A DNA stretch of 64,000 nt from IMG/VR virus record IMGVR_UViG_3300028591_000071; one strand, 5' to 3'. Shown one piece after another: positions 1-10,559 of the stretch. The notes below the pieces were generated by a model. That model ran no database searches. It saw only the letters and a program-made list of their open reading frames with translations, and was not told the origin of the DNA. Positions within the stretch are counted from its first letter, which is position 1; each line of letters starts with the position of its first letter. A program made the translations under genes and the position numbers. Origin of the DNA: a virus. Taxonomy: Duplodnaviria > Caudoviricetes.

Positions 1-3000
1 CGCTCGCACCACTGCTCCGTCTGTTTGGTATCGAACTCAGTTACCATGTTATCATAATTGAGTTTGTACTTGGACATTGAGTAGTCAAGGTCGCGGACCA
101 TCCTCATGAATTCGTCATCCCTTTCAAGGTTGTTCCAAAGTGTTGAGTCATGGCCCATCATTGCATATGCGTTCGTTCCGCCGCTTTCGTTATCAGCCTG
201 TTCGTCAACGATAATATCTGATGCCGCGTCAATGGTCTGTCTGTCGAGGTCCCAATGGAACGCCAACTGACCGTTGTTACGAAGTCCGAAGAGACAGTCA
301 TTATCGTAGTTAATGAAAAACCACTTCCTATACTTCTTGTCTGTTCTCCTGTCGTATTTTCCGTTACCATCGGTGAAGAGCATTGTATTCTTTACGAACT
401 GGTCGACAGCACCATATCTCATTAGGTAGATGTAATAACCGGCGAGTTTCCAAACATCAAAGTGCTCCCACTTCTCAGTCTCGAACTTCTTCTGCCTATT
501 CTCTGCGTTGTCAATCAAACCCTGTCCTTCGGCATAAGCATAACTCTCAGCCGTGTCGGTTGTGTAACCATATTGGTAACTATTGATTGTCCTTGCAAAT
601 GAAGCGTCAATGTCAATGAATCCGCTATACTGCGTATCATCTTCGTGTCTCGTTGAAACAATCCACTTAGACAACTCGTACAATGCTTCAGGATTGCTCT
701 CGTAGTCCTCAGGGTCAGGATATCTCGCTTCATATGTCTCCTGCCACTTGAATAGTTGTCCGTCAGGTGTCCTGTCATAGAACCCGTCAGTGGTGATGAA
801 CAATGAAAGCGGGTTGGTATTCTTCAATCCTTCCCATACCTCGACTTTTGAAGAATCGTAAATCATCGTATCCTCGTCTTCAGGGCTTTCGATATCTTCA
901 AATCCGAATACCTCATATGAGCCCTTGTCGTTTATGAAGTTGTACTGTCCCAAGAATACAAGATTGTTCTCGGCGTGAGATGTCCTGTAGAAGCAGACCA
1001 TAGGGAATCCGTCAACTGCGGTTCTGATGTCATCCTGTCCTTCCGCAATACACTGCTTCTGTGCCTCGGTCCTACATACATACTTCTTTTGGTCTCTCAT
1101 GGCCTGAGTATAGTTAGGAATCCTGTAATGAGCGTCGTTTCCTTCTATATCGACCCCATCGTATGTGATGTATTCCTGTCTGTTGATAAGTGCGCTGTCC
1201 TTATATGTCTGATTCGTATAAGAAGCATCTCCGTTATCAAGTAATTCCGTATTTTCAAATATGTCATTCCATGAACGACCCGCACCGACATTGTGCGAAC
1301 ATGATGACTCCATGAAGTCGGCCTTAAGTGTCCACTTTGTTGCCTTGTGTGAATTTGCCCTGAATCTATATTTACCCTTCTTGAGTGCTTTTCCTTCATA
1401 GTCAAGGGTGAAGCAATATGTGTTCCTGAGTGTTCCGTTTGTCTTGAAGTCATCGAAATCAATCGCCTGCCCCGTTCTCTTATCCCTAAGCATCAAGTTT
1501 CCCACGACGCTGTTAGGGTCGAGTTCAAAGTTAGATGCGGTATAAAGGTCTTGGTTGAAGTTCTTATCCTTTGTCTTTAACTTGAAGTTCTTACGAGGAT
1601 AACCAAGTGATGATGTACCCTGCAGTTTCATCTGACAGTTGAAGGAAACGAAATTTCTTTCAGGCTCCTGCCTGTTGATATACTCAACATCGAAGCTTCT
1701 CCACTCCTTGTCCTGTCCGTTATCTACGATATCCTGCATATCTCCCGTGAATATCATCACGGGCAGTTTGTTTGCGACTTCATCAAAACCGATTTCAGTT
1801 GCAGAACCGGCCTTAAGAACATTATTCTTTTCATAGATACCCTGAACATCGTCAGAATCAACAACATAGTTGTTAAACGCTTGGTCAACTGTTATTGCCT
1901 TATCATAGATTCTTATTGACCTTAGCCTTACCTTACATTGTCCCGTAGGGTCGCCGATTGTAAGATAGGATGTTGATTGCATGTTATCTCCATCCTGATA
2001 AAGTGCCGCCCTTTCGAGAACACCATTGACAACAATATAAATCAAATAGTCATCTTCCTGCTGTCCCTTCTTATTTCCGATAAATGCTATCTTAAGACGC
2101 TCGTTATCCTTGAAACGGGTATTAATCTTAACGCCATTTGATGTTGAGAACTCCGCATTCGTCGCGGTAACCCTGAAGTATGCTTCATTTTCTTGTGCAT
2201 TATCTTTACATTCGCATATAACGGCATCCTCATTTTCCACGTCAAAAGTTTCAAGGTCAATTTCAACCGTTCCGCCTTGATTAACCCAGTCGTTGAACAT
2301 CGGCTGAATATTAAGTCCGACGGTTGCACCGTTTGATATGACGAGTGATTCCGTCTCCTCGTTCCATCCTTGCTGTGCATTCCAAGAGAATCCGCTGAAC
2401 GTAGCATAGTACCTCGTTCCGTTAGCGCCAACACAATCCCATACATCCCTGTCGGAATCGGTATTTCTTCTACCCGTTGATTGGAGTTTAAGTATGAGAC
2501 GGTCTGTTGCTTCCTTGATACCGCTTGTCGTCTCGGCGACATCGACATTGATTACATATTCGAAAATCTTTTCGTCATCCTCGTCAATCGCATAGACCTT
2601 CAATTCCTTTCCGCTTCCATAATCCATCGGCCTATAACTGAAAGTGCTTATTGCCTCGTTTCCAAATACCTCGGATGATGATATTACCTTTCCGTCGTAC
2701 TCAAAATAAATAACCAATTTCCTTCCGTTGAAGTCATAGATGGACCAATCGAAAGTAATCTGTTCAAACTGAGAAAGTGATATCGTAAGGTTTTCACCTT
2801 CAGGAACGACTGATGTGTCTCCGTCAGCAACCCTGTACATAAGGAATGATGTGGTCGTATCACCTGCTTTCGCAAATGTATAGAAATGAGTAGGCGTGTA
2901 GAAGAGTGTTCCGTCGGATGCCCTTACATATGCCCTTACCTGAAGCGAGTGTTGCCCTATTGCGAGGGATGATATGTCAAGTGTTGCTATACTGTCCCTC

Positions 3001-3743
3001 CTGATATCACTGATTACCATTGATTCGGAACTGCTTACGCTAACTCCGTCAATGAAGAATTCAAGGTATTTCGTGTCGCTACATTCGATTATGTATGGAA
3101 CGGTCATCGTATTTCCTGTCTTAGCCACATTGTAATCGAAATCCACATTGAACATAAGGTCGAATATACTGTATGTAAGAACAAACTGTGTTGACGCCTT
3201 CGTTGACATACCGCTTATCTTAACTGCAATGCTGTTTGAACCGTCACGGAGATAATCATCAACGGTAACGGAGAACGGCGTCCAATCACCCGCGATAACG
3301 GGGATTTCATTCGTGAATTTGCTGCTTATTCCTGAGCCGGTGAATGACATCTCAATCTTCGCCCTTGCGTCTGCAGTCATTCCGTTCTCATCAACGATTT
3401 TGAACTTGAATCCGACTGTATTTCCCGTAGTGCCCTTCAATACACTATAAGATATGACGAGACTATCTTGGTCTATCTTCACATCATAATTTGACTTCAT
3501 CTCATATGAACTCAATACGAGCGATTCGTCACCCGTATCAATAAACGCCGCCTTGTCATCTTCATTTGCGAAATAATAAACGACATTAATCCCTTCCGGC
3601 TTATAGACAGCACCTATCTTGGTATTCAACTCGTCCTTGATGAACTCCTGAACCCTACTACCCTTTACAGGCAAAAAACCCGTTGAAGCATCGCCTCCCC
3701 AGTCAGTATTCCTTGTTATCTTGTTGTCGTATTGCTTGGCCAT
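1..3743 (-). CDS. Large tail-fibre/structural protein with CotH-like kinase domain (3' end runs off the left edge; missing from the ORF track)
   Basis: ATG at 3743; the segments I translated are open in this frame: MAKQYDNKITRNTDWGGDASTGFLPVKGSRVQEFIK..., later QGTSSLGYPRKNFK, TLKADFMESSCSHN, RTAVDGFP, GQYNFINDK. These motifs are typical of CotH-domain tail proteins of Bacteroidota phages. Confidence 0.8.
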   Translation of the reverse strand, partial: MAKQYDNKITRNTDWGGDASTGFLPVKGSRVQEFIKDELNTKIGAVYKPEGINVVYYFANEDDKAAFIDTGDESLVLSSYEMKSNYDVKIDQDSLVISYSVLKGTTGNTVGFKFKIVDENGMTADARAKIEMSFTGSGISSKFTNEIPVIAGDWTPFSVTVDDYLRDGSNSIAVKISGMSTKASTQFVLTYSIFDLMFNVDFDYNVAKTGNTMTVPYIIECSDTKYLEFFIDGVSVSSSESMVISDIRRDSIATLDISSLAIGQHSLQVRAYVRASDGTLFYTPTHFYTFAKAGDTTTSFLMYRVADGDTSVVPEGENLTISLSQFEQITFDWSIYDFNGRKLVIYFEYDGKVISSSEVFGNEAISTFSYRPMDYGSGKELKVYAIDEDDEKIFEYVINVDVAETTSGIKEATDRLILKLQSTGRRNTDSDRDVWDCVGANGTRYYATFSGFSWNAQQGWNEETESLVISNGATVGLNIQPMFNDWVNQGGTVEIDLETFDVENEDAVICECKDNAQENEAYFRVTATNAEFSTSNGVKINTRFKDNERLKIAFIGNKKGQQEDDYLIYIVVNGVLERAALYQDGDNMQSTSYLTIGDPTGQCKVRLRSIRIYDKAITVDQAFNNYVVDSDDVQGIYEKNNVLKAGSATEIGFDEVANKLPVMIFTGDMQDIVDNGQDKEWRSFDVEYINRQEPERNFVSFNCQMKLQGTSSLGYPRKNFKLKTKDKNFNQDLYTASNFELDPNSVVGNLMLRDKRTGQAIDFDDFKTNGTLRNTYCFTLDYEGKALKKGKYRFRANSHKATKWTLKADFMESSCSHNVGAGRSWNDIFENTELLDNGDASYTNQTYKDSALINRQEYITYDGVDIEGNDAHYRIPNYTQAMRDQKKYVCRTEAQKQCIAEGQDDIRTAVDGFPMVCFYRTSHAENNLVFLGQYNFINDKGSYEVFGFEDIESPEDEDTMIYDSSKVEVWEGLKNTNPLSLFITTDGFYDRTPDGQLFKWQETYEARYPDPEDYESNPEALYELSKWIVSTRHEDDTQYSGFIDIDASFARTINSYQYGYTTDTAESYAYAEGQGLIDNAENRQKKFETEKWEHFDVWKLAGYYIYLMRYGAVDQFVKNTMLFTDGNGKYDRRTDKKYRKWFFINYDNDCLFGLRNNGQLAFHWDLDRQTIDAASDIIVDEQADNESGGTNAYAMMGHDSTLWNNLERDDEFMRMVRDLDYSMSKYKLNYDNMVTEFDTKQTEQWCE

Positions 3744-3761
3744 TTAATAAAAGTTTTTATA

Positions 3762-3932
3762 TTAATTCTTCCATGAATCTTCGTTTAGCCACGGCCTCTC
3801 ATTAATCCAATATCCACTACCATAGCAAGAACGGGCCATTTGCCAAACGAGAAATTTTCCATGGTACACCTCACTCAACGGAAGTGTACCACGGATTATT
3901 TCAACTAATTCTTTCTTGCGTCTTTCAATCAT
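3762..3932 (-). CDS. Small Trp/Cys-containing tail-associated protein (56 aa, below the ORF-track cutoff)
   Basis: Manual translation MIERRKKELVEIIRGTLPLSEVYHGKFLVWQMARSCYGSGYWINERPWLNEDSWKN*. The VWQ..RSC.G.G.W....PW....W motif resembles the small gene preceding CotH-type fibre genes in Bacteroides phages. Confidence 0.75.
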   Translation of the reverse strand: MIERRKKELVEIIRGTLPLSEVYHGKFLVWQMARSCYGSGYWINERPWLNEDSWKN

Positions 3933-3957
3933 ATATTGATATTAGATTTCAAATGTG

Positions 3958-6711
3958 TTATGCGTTCTGCGCACCTTGTGGACCCTGAATACCGTCAGGA
4001 CCCTGAGGTCCCTGAGGGCCGTCATTACCATCGACCCCGTTTTCGCCGGCTACGCCCTGAGCACCCTGTGCACCGTCACTGTATTCGAACCCTGCAACAA
4101 TGCCGTCGGTTGTGATGACGTAAACCGTATTTCTTCCGTTTGCCGAATTAGGCGCTGAATAAATGCTCTCAATTCCTGTACCTTGAGGGCCCTGGACACC
4201 GAAGGTCATACCGCTTTCACCGTTTTCACCCTGAGGGCCCTGAGAACCCTGAGGTCCCTGAGGACCATCATTACCGTCGACTCCGTTTTCACCGGCCGCA
4301 CCCTGTGCACCATCGGCTCCGGCAGGTCCCATAGGACCCTGAACACCGAGGGTCATACCACTTTCACCGTTTTCACCGGCTTCGCCCTGAGGGCCCTGTG
4401 CTCCATCAACACCTGTTAGTCCGTCAGGACCCTGAGGACCTTGAGGTCCGCTTTCGCCCGCTGTGCCCTGTGCTCCGTCAGCACCGGCAGGACCCATAGG
4501 ACCCTGAACGCCCTGTCCTGAGCCATTCATACCATCATTACCCTGAGGACCCTGAGCGCCATCTACTCCGTTAGGACCCATAGGACCCTGAACACCAGTA
4601 ACACCGCTAACCATTGAGCCTTCAAGTGCGGCAACCCTTGCTTCAAGGTCTGCAACCCTCTGAACAAGTCCAAGAAGTTCGCTTACCTTAACCCTGATTT
4701 CATATGATTCACCCTCTGCAAGGAATGCGTCGTACATCGTCTGAAGTTCTTCGTCTGACTTAGGAGTGTGCTTGCCATTGTAATTGGCCTTGAATGCAGC
4801 GAAATCAGCAACCTTCTCGGTATCTGCAACATTGTTTCCAAACGCATAAACAAATTCTGTGTCCTGGCCTGAACGGTCTCCGTTCTTGGAAATCTTCTGC
4901 TCGAAGACAACTGAATTTGCATCTGTTGTCAAAGTGTTGGTTGAGAGAAGGATGTCGTCCATCTTGTGGTCAACATCATCATATGTCCAAACAGTCTCAA
5001 TCTTCTTTCCTGCGAACTTAATCTTACTGTCTGTTTCAAGGTTGATGTTAAGCTCGTTAGGAGTCCACAGTGTGGTCTTAGCCCAAATGTTGGTCTTTTC
5101 CCATCCTGATACCAAGTTGCCGTCTTCGTCGTAAACCGCTCCTGCTACCTGATTCTCATAGTATTCAATTTCTTCTGCAGATAATGTTGCAGGGTCTAAG
5201 TTTGCCTTCTTTGTAATCGGCTTTGTTTCGCCGTATTTTATTGATACATTCTTAGTACCCTTGTAAAGATACTTTGTTGGGTCCTCATAGAATGATTCTT
5301 CGCCGGCGCCCATTGCAACGATTGTATAACTACTTACAGAGCCTGTTGTTATATCACACTTGGTGTTATAAACAATTGTTCCTTCTGCGGCTGCTGTCTC
5401 TCCATCTGCTAAAACGGTGTTTACTGAAGCCTTGTAATAGACCTTATCCTTATCATTGTAGAAAGACTCGTTAACATAGTTGACAACTCTATCACCCTTT
5501 ATGTGCGGTTCACCAAATTCGTCGACGGTCGTCGTTTCTTTCGGATTGGTTGCTTCCCATGTATATTTACCGGTTACATCAACTGCGAAATTACCTTTGC
5601 TCTTTCCAAGTTTCACATATTGAAGACCATCAGGAAGAGCGTCAATGTAATGCTTATCAAGAACCCACTGTTCTGATGCAAGCCCCGTAGTATCGATATG
5701 CATGTCAGTCATTGCTGATGCTACAACATCTTCAACCTCATCCCTCGTTACGAATACGCTTGTGTCGATGCCTTCTCCGCTAAGAGCAGCCTTTGCAACT
5801 GCTGCATTAACAGTGTCCTCAAGATTCTTGCACTTATTAGCAGCGTCAAGAATTTCGTTCCAACTTGCAGAAGGGGTAGTAGCGTTGATGACATCCTTGA
5901 AATCGTCTGACTGTGTTGGATAATCAATCTTTCCGGTTGATGTCACTGCAGGCGTGTTCCTTGTAACGCCATAGACCTTCGCATCACCCTTGAAACGGTA
6001 GTCTCCCGTGTAAAGTGAAGTGTGAAGGTTGTTGAATGTACCGAACTCAAGACCCTTACCTCCTTCCTTGCAGTATGCTGCGGTTGCACCGATTTCGCTT
6101 GTCCTGTCACTTTCGAACTTAATCTTATTTTCCTTGCCATTGCTGTCGGTTCCTGCAACCTGAAGGGCAATTCCACCGTGGTCATAGCAACGGAAGTCCA
6201 TTGCACGGGCCTTCATCTTAAGATAAACAGGACCTGTCGTACCAACGACCTCTCCGCCGTTCCACTTGTCGTTCCTTACCTTGATGTCGATTGAATCGGC
6301 ATCGAATTCTGTTGTGTTGCATTTCTGATTATCAAGCGTCAATTCGGCTGCATTAACCTTAAGTCCGACAACGCGTGTTGCCTTTGGCTGTGCGCCGTTA
6401 CATACCTTGAATGTGAATTCAGTTGCATCAGCACCATGCTGCTCACAGTCGAACTGTACAGCCTCCGGCTTTCCATTCTCATCAATACCAGGCTTAATCT
6501 GAACAGCCTGTGCAGCAACGAGATTCAACTTCTCGCCACCTGCAACAGCGGCATTGACTTCGAAGTTGTTAGATGCATTTACATAGATTCCCTTGAGGGT
6601 GGCCAAAGAATTGACCATCCCGCTTGTTATTTCGGTTCCATTGACATATTTTGCGTCAATGTAATGTGGGGTTCCACTGATTAAGAACCCTTTAATTGCG
6701 TCTGCTGCCAT
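3958..6711 (-). CDS. Collagen-like fibre/structural protein (917 aa)
   Basis: Long ORF; coiled-coil segment VQRVADLEARVAALE followed by about 200 aa of G-X-Y (mostly GPQ/GAQ/GVQ) repeats at the C-terminus. Confidence 0.8.
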   Translation of the reverse strand: MAADAIKGFLISGTPHYIDAKYVNGTEITSGMVNSLATLKGIYVNASNNFEVNAAVAGGEKLNLVAAQAVQIKPGIDENGKPEAVQFDCEQHGADATEFTFKVCNGAQPKATRVVGLKVNAAELTLDNQKCNTTEFDADSIDIKVRNDKWNGGEVVGTTGPVYLKMKARAMDFRCYDHGGIALQVAGTDSNGKENKIKFESDRTSEIGATAAYCKEGGKGLEFGTFNNLHTSLYTGDYRFKGDAKVYGVTRNTPAVTSTGKIDYPTQSDDFKDVINATTPSASWNEILDAANKCKNLEDTVNAAVAKAALSGEGIDTSVFVTRDEVEDVVASAMTDMHIDTTGLASEQWVLDKHYIDALPDGLQYVKLGKSKGNFAVDVTGKYTWEATNPKETTTVDEFGEPHIKGDRVVNYVNESFYNDKDKVYYKASVNTVLADGETAAAEGTIVYNTKCDITTGSVSSYTIVAMGAGEESFYEDPTKYLYKGTKNVSIKYGETKPITKKANLDPATLSAEEIEYYENQVAGAVYDEDGNLVSGWEKTNIWAKTTLWTPNELNINLETDSKIKFAGKKIETVWTYDDVDHKMDDILLSTNTLTTDANSVVFEQKISKNGDRSGQDTEFVYAFGNNVADTEKVADFAAFKANYNGKHTPKSDEELQTMYDAFLAEGESYEIRVKVSELLGLVQRVADLEARVAALEGSMVSGVTGVQGPMGPNGVDGAQGPQGNDGMNGSGQGVQGPMGPAGADGAQGTAGESGPQGPQGPDGLTGVDGAQGPQGEAGENGESGMTLGVQGPMGPAGADGAQGAAGENGVDGNDGPQGPQGSQGPQGENGESGMTFGVQGPQGTGIESIYSAPNSANGRNTVYVITTDGIVAGFEYSDGAQGAQGVAGENGVDGNDGPQGPQGPDGIQGPQGAQNA
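3961..4610 (-). repeat. Collagen G-X-Q triplet repeats with internally duplicated blocks
   Basis: The GENGVDGNDGPQGPQG and GENGESGMTxGVQGP blocks each occur twice; the DNA copies differ mainly at synonymous positions (e.g. ~4001-4050 vs ~4247-4296). Confidence 0.9.
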
Positions 6712-6734
6712 AATGTTATATTGTTTTTTTCTTA

Positions 6735-7685
6735 TTATGCTATTATAAATCCGTTTTCGTTCACGGAGAAATCATTCAGGTTGATAAATCCATCGAGTTC
6801 TTCAATCGATTCTATCACCACATTATTGTCCTCATCAAGAAGTATGCTCCTATTCGTAGGTATTATCGGCGTGATTGAATCAAGGTCAATGAATCCGTCA
6901 ACAAGAGGCGCATTGAGTGTTATAAACCCATCATTTTCTTCAATATTCAAGAACGAAATCATGTTCCCGCTCAATGTATAAACCGTTCCGCCTGATTCCG
7001 GTTCCGTTTCTCCTTCGTATATGCAATAATATATGTCGTCTGAGTATTGGACCATCTTTCCGTCGATGATTACCGACCCGCTTGCAAGCAGTTCGTCGTA
7101 CTGCGCCCTTGTCAAGAACTGATGGTCTCCGCTTCTCCTTACATTGCTTATCTGCTCGTCTATGTATTCCCTTAGGGTAACTAACTCTTCTTCATTGTTT
7201 GTTGTTGCCGCACTTATCTCAACGATATCGTTTGCCATTTTCGCAGCCCCTGTGGTATCATTGATAATCCATTCCGCTATTTCCCTGAGAGTGTCGAACC
7301 TCGTATCAGCCGAGTCAATCACCTTAACCACCTCAAGTGATGCAATTTCCCTTATATGCTCATCGGTAACCGCTTCCGGCGTGGATGCACTTATGATGTT
7401 TATCCTCTCATTCAGGAACTGTTCAACCGCATTTACATATTCAACGGTCTGTGCCGATGTAAGATAATTCTCTCGTAAAAAATCCTTTATTTCATCGGGG
7501 GTCGTGCTTCCCGAAATGGCAACGCTGCTTATCTTAACGACTTCACCCCTCGTATTTATGAGATAAATTGCTTCAAAACCCGGCTCGTTGGAAATAATTA
7601 TCTCACCGGTACTTACGAACTTATCTCTTGTTATCTGAGAAGAGTTATTATAATGTTTGTTTAATACTACTCTACCTGAACTCAT
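6735..7685 (-). CDS. Tail-fibre-associated protein (316 aa)
   Basis: Motifs FDTLREIAEWIIND and FLTRAQYDEL...DDIYYCIYE resemble those of phage fibre/upper-fibre proteins; C-terminal DGFI repeats; six S[GA]xT motifs. Confidence 0.65.
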   Translation of the reverse strand: MSSGRVVLNKHYNNSSQITRDKFVSTGEIIISNEPGFEAIYLINTRGEVVKISSVAISGSTTPDEIKDFLRENYLTSAQTVEYVNAVEQFLNERINIISASTPEAVTDEHIREIASLEVVKVIDSADTRFDTLREIAEWIINDTTGAAKMANDIVEISAATTNNEEELVTLREYIDEQISNVRRSGDHQFLTRAQYDELLASGSVIIDGKMVQYSDDIYYCIYEGETEPESGGTVYTLSGNMISFLNIEENDGFITLNAPLVDGFIDLDSITPIIPTNRSILLDEDNNVVIESIEELDGFINLNDFSVNENGFIIA

Positions 7686-7706
7686 AATGCTGTGGCATAT
7701 TTTTCT

Positions 7707-7714
7707 ATAAATAG
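7707..7714 (-). promoter_or_regulatory. Putative phage late-promoter motif CTATTTAT
   Basis: The same 8-mer lies 6-50 nt upstream of ATGs at 7685, 27794, 40825, 60566 and 62008, each time just downstream of a terminator hairpin. Confidence 0.6.
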
Positions 7715-7735
7715 ATTAGTCAGGGTAAAACATTA

Positions 7736-7767
7736 AACAAAAATTGAGTACCATTGTGGTACTCAAT
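7736..7767 (-). terminator. Rho-independent terminator
   Basis: Perfect 11-bp stem ATTGAGTACCA/TGGTACTCAAT followed by a T-tract on the minus strand. Confidence 0.75.
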
Positions 7768-7843
7768 CTTAATCTTAGTCTATGTATTCTGCATTTAAAG
7801 GAACCGTTGCCGTCATAGAATTCTACCAGCCCCGTCACTAATA

Positions 7844-10558
7844 TTATAGCCCATTGCTGAACGTATACGAGAAGATAGCCGTTGACGGCATCATCTGTTC
7901 GACATACTTAAGGACCACATTTTCTATATATGTCTTGTATTCTTCACTACTTCCTGTAACGAAATCAATATTGATGTTCTTTAAATTTATAACGGAAAGT
8001 GCGGCACTCTCATCAAACTGTCCTTTCTTTTCAGGTGAAACAAATTCAGGATAACCCCACTTCCCCGTATTCTCATCGTCCTTATCACCCGGCGTCTCAT
8101 CCGTATTGTCACACTTCATAAACGAGTCTTTTCCATTTTCAAAATAGAAACACTTCACATCTGAAGACACAACATTAACGTCGAATCCTATACTTGTTAT
8201 CGCACTAAGGATATCCGCTTCTTCTTCAATGTCAAGCCTTGAGAACAGTCCGTGTTCAACCTCGTGTTTAAAGAGTGTATTATAATGGTCGACATAACTG
8301 CTTCCATCGTCATAACTTCCATATCCCACGTGTGGATTATTGCCGATGAATGTGGTCTTTATAGTTTCCATATAGAGAACTCGCTCGCCGTCGCACGTTA
8401 TGTTACCGCTTCCGTCAAATTCTTCAGTAAAGACGTTTCGCCATCCATAACAATCAAATATGTCATTGCTTACATACCCGATGTTCGTGGACAATTCCTC
8501 GGTCTTCAGTATGAAATAATGTGAGAAACCGCTAAAGCCGTCGGTAATCTTCGCACTGTCTTCTGCATTTGCCACATATTGGTCTTCTATACCTGTAATG
8601 TCTTCAACATAGCATACGCAGTTCTCGAACAGATTATCCGTCGTCAATCCGGTCAATTCATATAGGTTTGCCGCATATTTCATATATTGCAGCGTTTCCC
8701 CATAGAGCCCTATGAAATCGCCGTTTATCTTTTCTATGGTGGTCATCGCGCTTACAAGATGCTTGGTGCTCTTATCCTTCATTCCTTCCCATCCACCAAA
8801 TTGTTGGAAATAAAGCCCCGAACCGTAGACGGCATTCTTATCATACCAAGGTATAATGTATTTGTCTCCAGGTTCGCCACCCTGAGGACCTTGTGGCCCC
8901 TGTGGTCCTTCGGGCTCTTCGGTAGGAGGAGTTACTTCCGTTATCGGCCACTCAGCGAGAACATCGTCCCCATAGTAATAATTGTCATAATAAGGGAGAC
9001 AGGTCTTGAATTCATAAGATTTAGGGAAACGATTCGCTATTCCGAACTGTTCCGTTATCGTGTAATCGCTCGCACTCATTCCGAACATACCGAGAATAAC
9101 TTCTATACCCCGCTTTGTTCCCTTCAGCGACTGTATATAATCTGAATTCAATATCATTCTCCTTATAAAACCGATATTGGAATCAGCAGCCGTATATCCC
9201 GAATATGTAGTACCTGAATATATGACGTCACTGATGACGGTCCTGTCAACCGTAGGCCCGACATTATATGCGTCCCACCCATCATTTTCAAGGCAATCGG
9301 TAAGGAAATAATCAGGAGTGTTGCTCTTTTCGTTATATGTAATTGCATTTGTCGTCTTTATGTTATTCGCATATCTCCTTATGTCGTCAAACTGCCGCCC
9401 ATATAACTCTATTGCACCCCTAATCTTGGTATCATCTATATCGGAAAGGTCCTGTTCATCGCCATCTTCCTGCCTGAAAAATGTCCAGTCAAGGTTTTTG
9501 ATTGATTGGTGGGTGAGCATCCTCCAAAGATTCCCGCAATCATATTCGTCATAATATTCCGCGAGATGTATGAGTGCCTTCAAATATCCTTCCAGCTTAG
9601 GACCGCTTGTGTGCGGCATCGGATAATTCTGCATCGTAGATGCACTTGTTGAAGGCCACGTATATCTCTTCATCGTATAATAGTGACCCTCGCCGTCAAA
9701 ATAAGGCGTTTCAAGTTCGCACGTGAATTGCGGCTTTGAATCAAGGGTTAAGAGAATCTTCTCGAAATCGTCAAGTTCATCATACTTCTCCTTAAAATAT
9801 TCAGGCTTTGGCTCAAGGAAAACACCCTTAGGTCCCGTCACTATATATTCACCACTCCTAATTCTGTAAGTAATAAACGTAGTCCTGTTAATGGTTGTCG
9901 TTGCCACCTTGTTTGCACAGCCAGTATCTCCTGAACCAGCTGTTATGGCGAAACTTGTCACGGGGCTGCCGTTCAGCATATACTTGTCATAACTCAAAGA
10001 CAGCACCTTGAACGGGTCATTGGTTCCTTCAACTGATTCCGCAGGGGTCCATATATCGAGCCCAAAATAATTTTCAACGACCGTTACCCCTGATGGTAAA
10101 GATGGTAAATCAGGTATTAGCTTCGAATAATCTTCATATGCATCGCACAAACCACCCGGATATCTCAATATGATATCCCTGACTGTCGCTTTCATCAACT
10201 CCGTTGCTGAGCCATAATAAGCAAAATCCCTGACCGAAGAATAATCCGGCTTAAGGACTATCTTCGATTCATCCGTCGTAACACCCGAGCAATCCCCCTC
10301 TGTCCAATATTCAACGCTCGCGCCTGACGGCGGAATCCAAATCCCCGAAAAATGTTTCTTTTTCCCGTTTATATCACTTCTTACCCTGAACTTGAAGTTT
10401 GAATCGGAAAACATTATCACATCCTCATCGTACACACCATCTTCGGGAACGATGGTCATATGGTCGTTCTCAAAAATTGTACCGTCGGCTGTGGAAGAAT
10501 GCTTCTTCCTGTAAACAAAGTCAGTCTTACTCTTTATGTATTGGGTCCTTCTGCTCAT
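7844..10558 (-). CDS. Baseplate/tail structural protein (904 aa)
   Basis: Long ORF in the baseplate operon. SLKGTKRGIEVILGMFG and terminal YVEQMMPSTAIF are typical of baseplate-wedge/tail-I-like regions; short GPQGPQGPQG insert. Confidence 0.6.
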   Translation of the reverse strand: MSRRTQYIKSKTDFVYRKKHSSTADGTIFENDHMTIVPEDGVYDEDVIMFSDSNFKFRVRSDINGKKKHFSGIWIPPSGASVEYWTEGDCSGVTTDESKIVLKPDYSSVRDFAYYGSATELMKATVRDIILRYPGGLCDAYEDYSKLIPDLPSLPSGVTVVENYFGLDIWTPAESVEGTNDPFKVLSLSYDKYMLNGSPVTSFAITAGSGDTGCANKVATTTINRTTFITYRIRSGEYIVTGPKGVFLEPKPEYFKEKYDELDDFEKILLTLDSKPQFTCELETPYFDGEGHYYTMKRYTWPSTSASTMQNYPMPHTSGPKLEGYLKALIHLAEYYDEYDCGNLWRMLTHQSIKNLDWTFFRQEDGDEQDLSDIDDTKIRGAIELYGRQFDDIRRYANNIKTTNAITYNEKSNTPDYFLTDCLENDGWDAYNVGPTVDRTVISDVIYSGTTYSGYTAADSNIGFIRRMILNSDYIQSLKGTKRGIEVILGMFGMSASDYTITEQFGIANRFPKSYEFKTCLPYYDNYYYGDDVLAEWPITEVTPPTEEPEGPQGPQGPQGGEPGDKYIIPWYDKNAVYGSGLYFQQFGGWEGMKDKSTKHLVSAMTTIEKINGDFIGLYGETLQYMKYAANLYELTGLTTDNLFENCVCYVEDITGIEDQYVANAEDSAKITDGFSGFSHYFILKTEELSTNIGYVSNDIFDCYGWRNVFTEEFDGSGNITCDGERVLYMETIKTTFIGNNPHVGYGSYDDGSSYVDHYNTLFKHEVEHGLFSRLDIEEEADILSAITSIGFDVNVVSSDVKCFYFENGKDSFMKCDNTDETPGDKDDENTGKWGYPEFVSPEKKGQFDESAALSVINLKNINIDFVTGSSEEYKTYIENVVLKYVEQMMPSTAIFSYTFSNGL

Positions 10559-10559
10559 A

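Noticed and set aside
158-2875. Short track ORFs in the first 3.7 kb
   Set aside because: They overlap the single large minus-strand ORF starting at 3743, which the track omitted because it lacks a stop inside the window.
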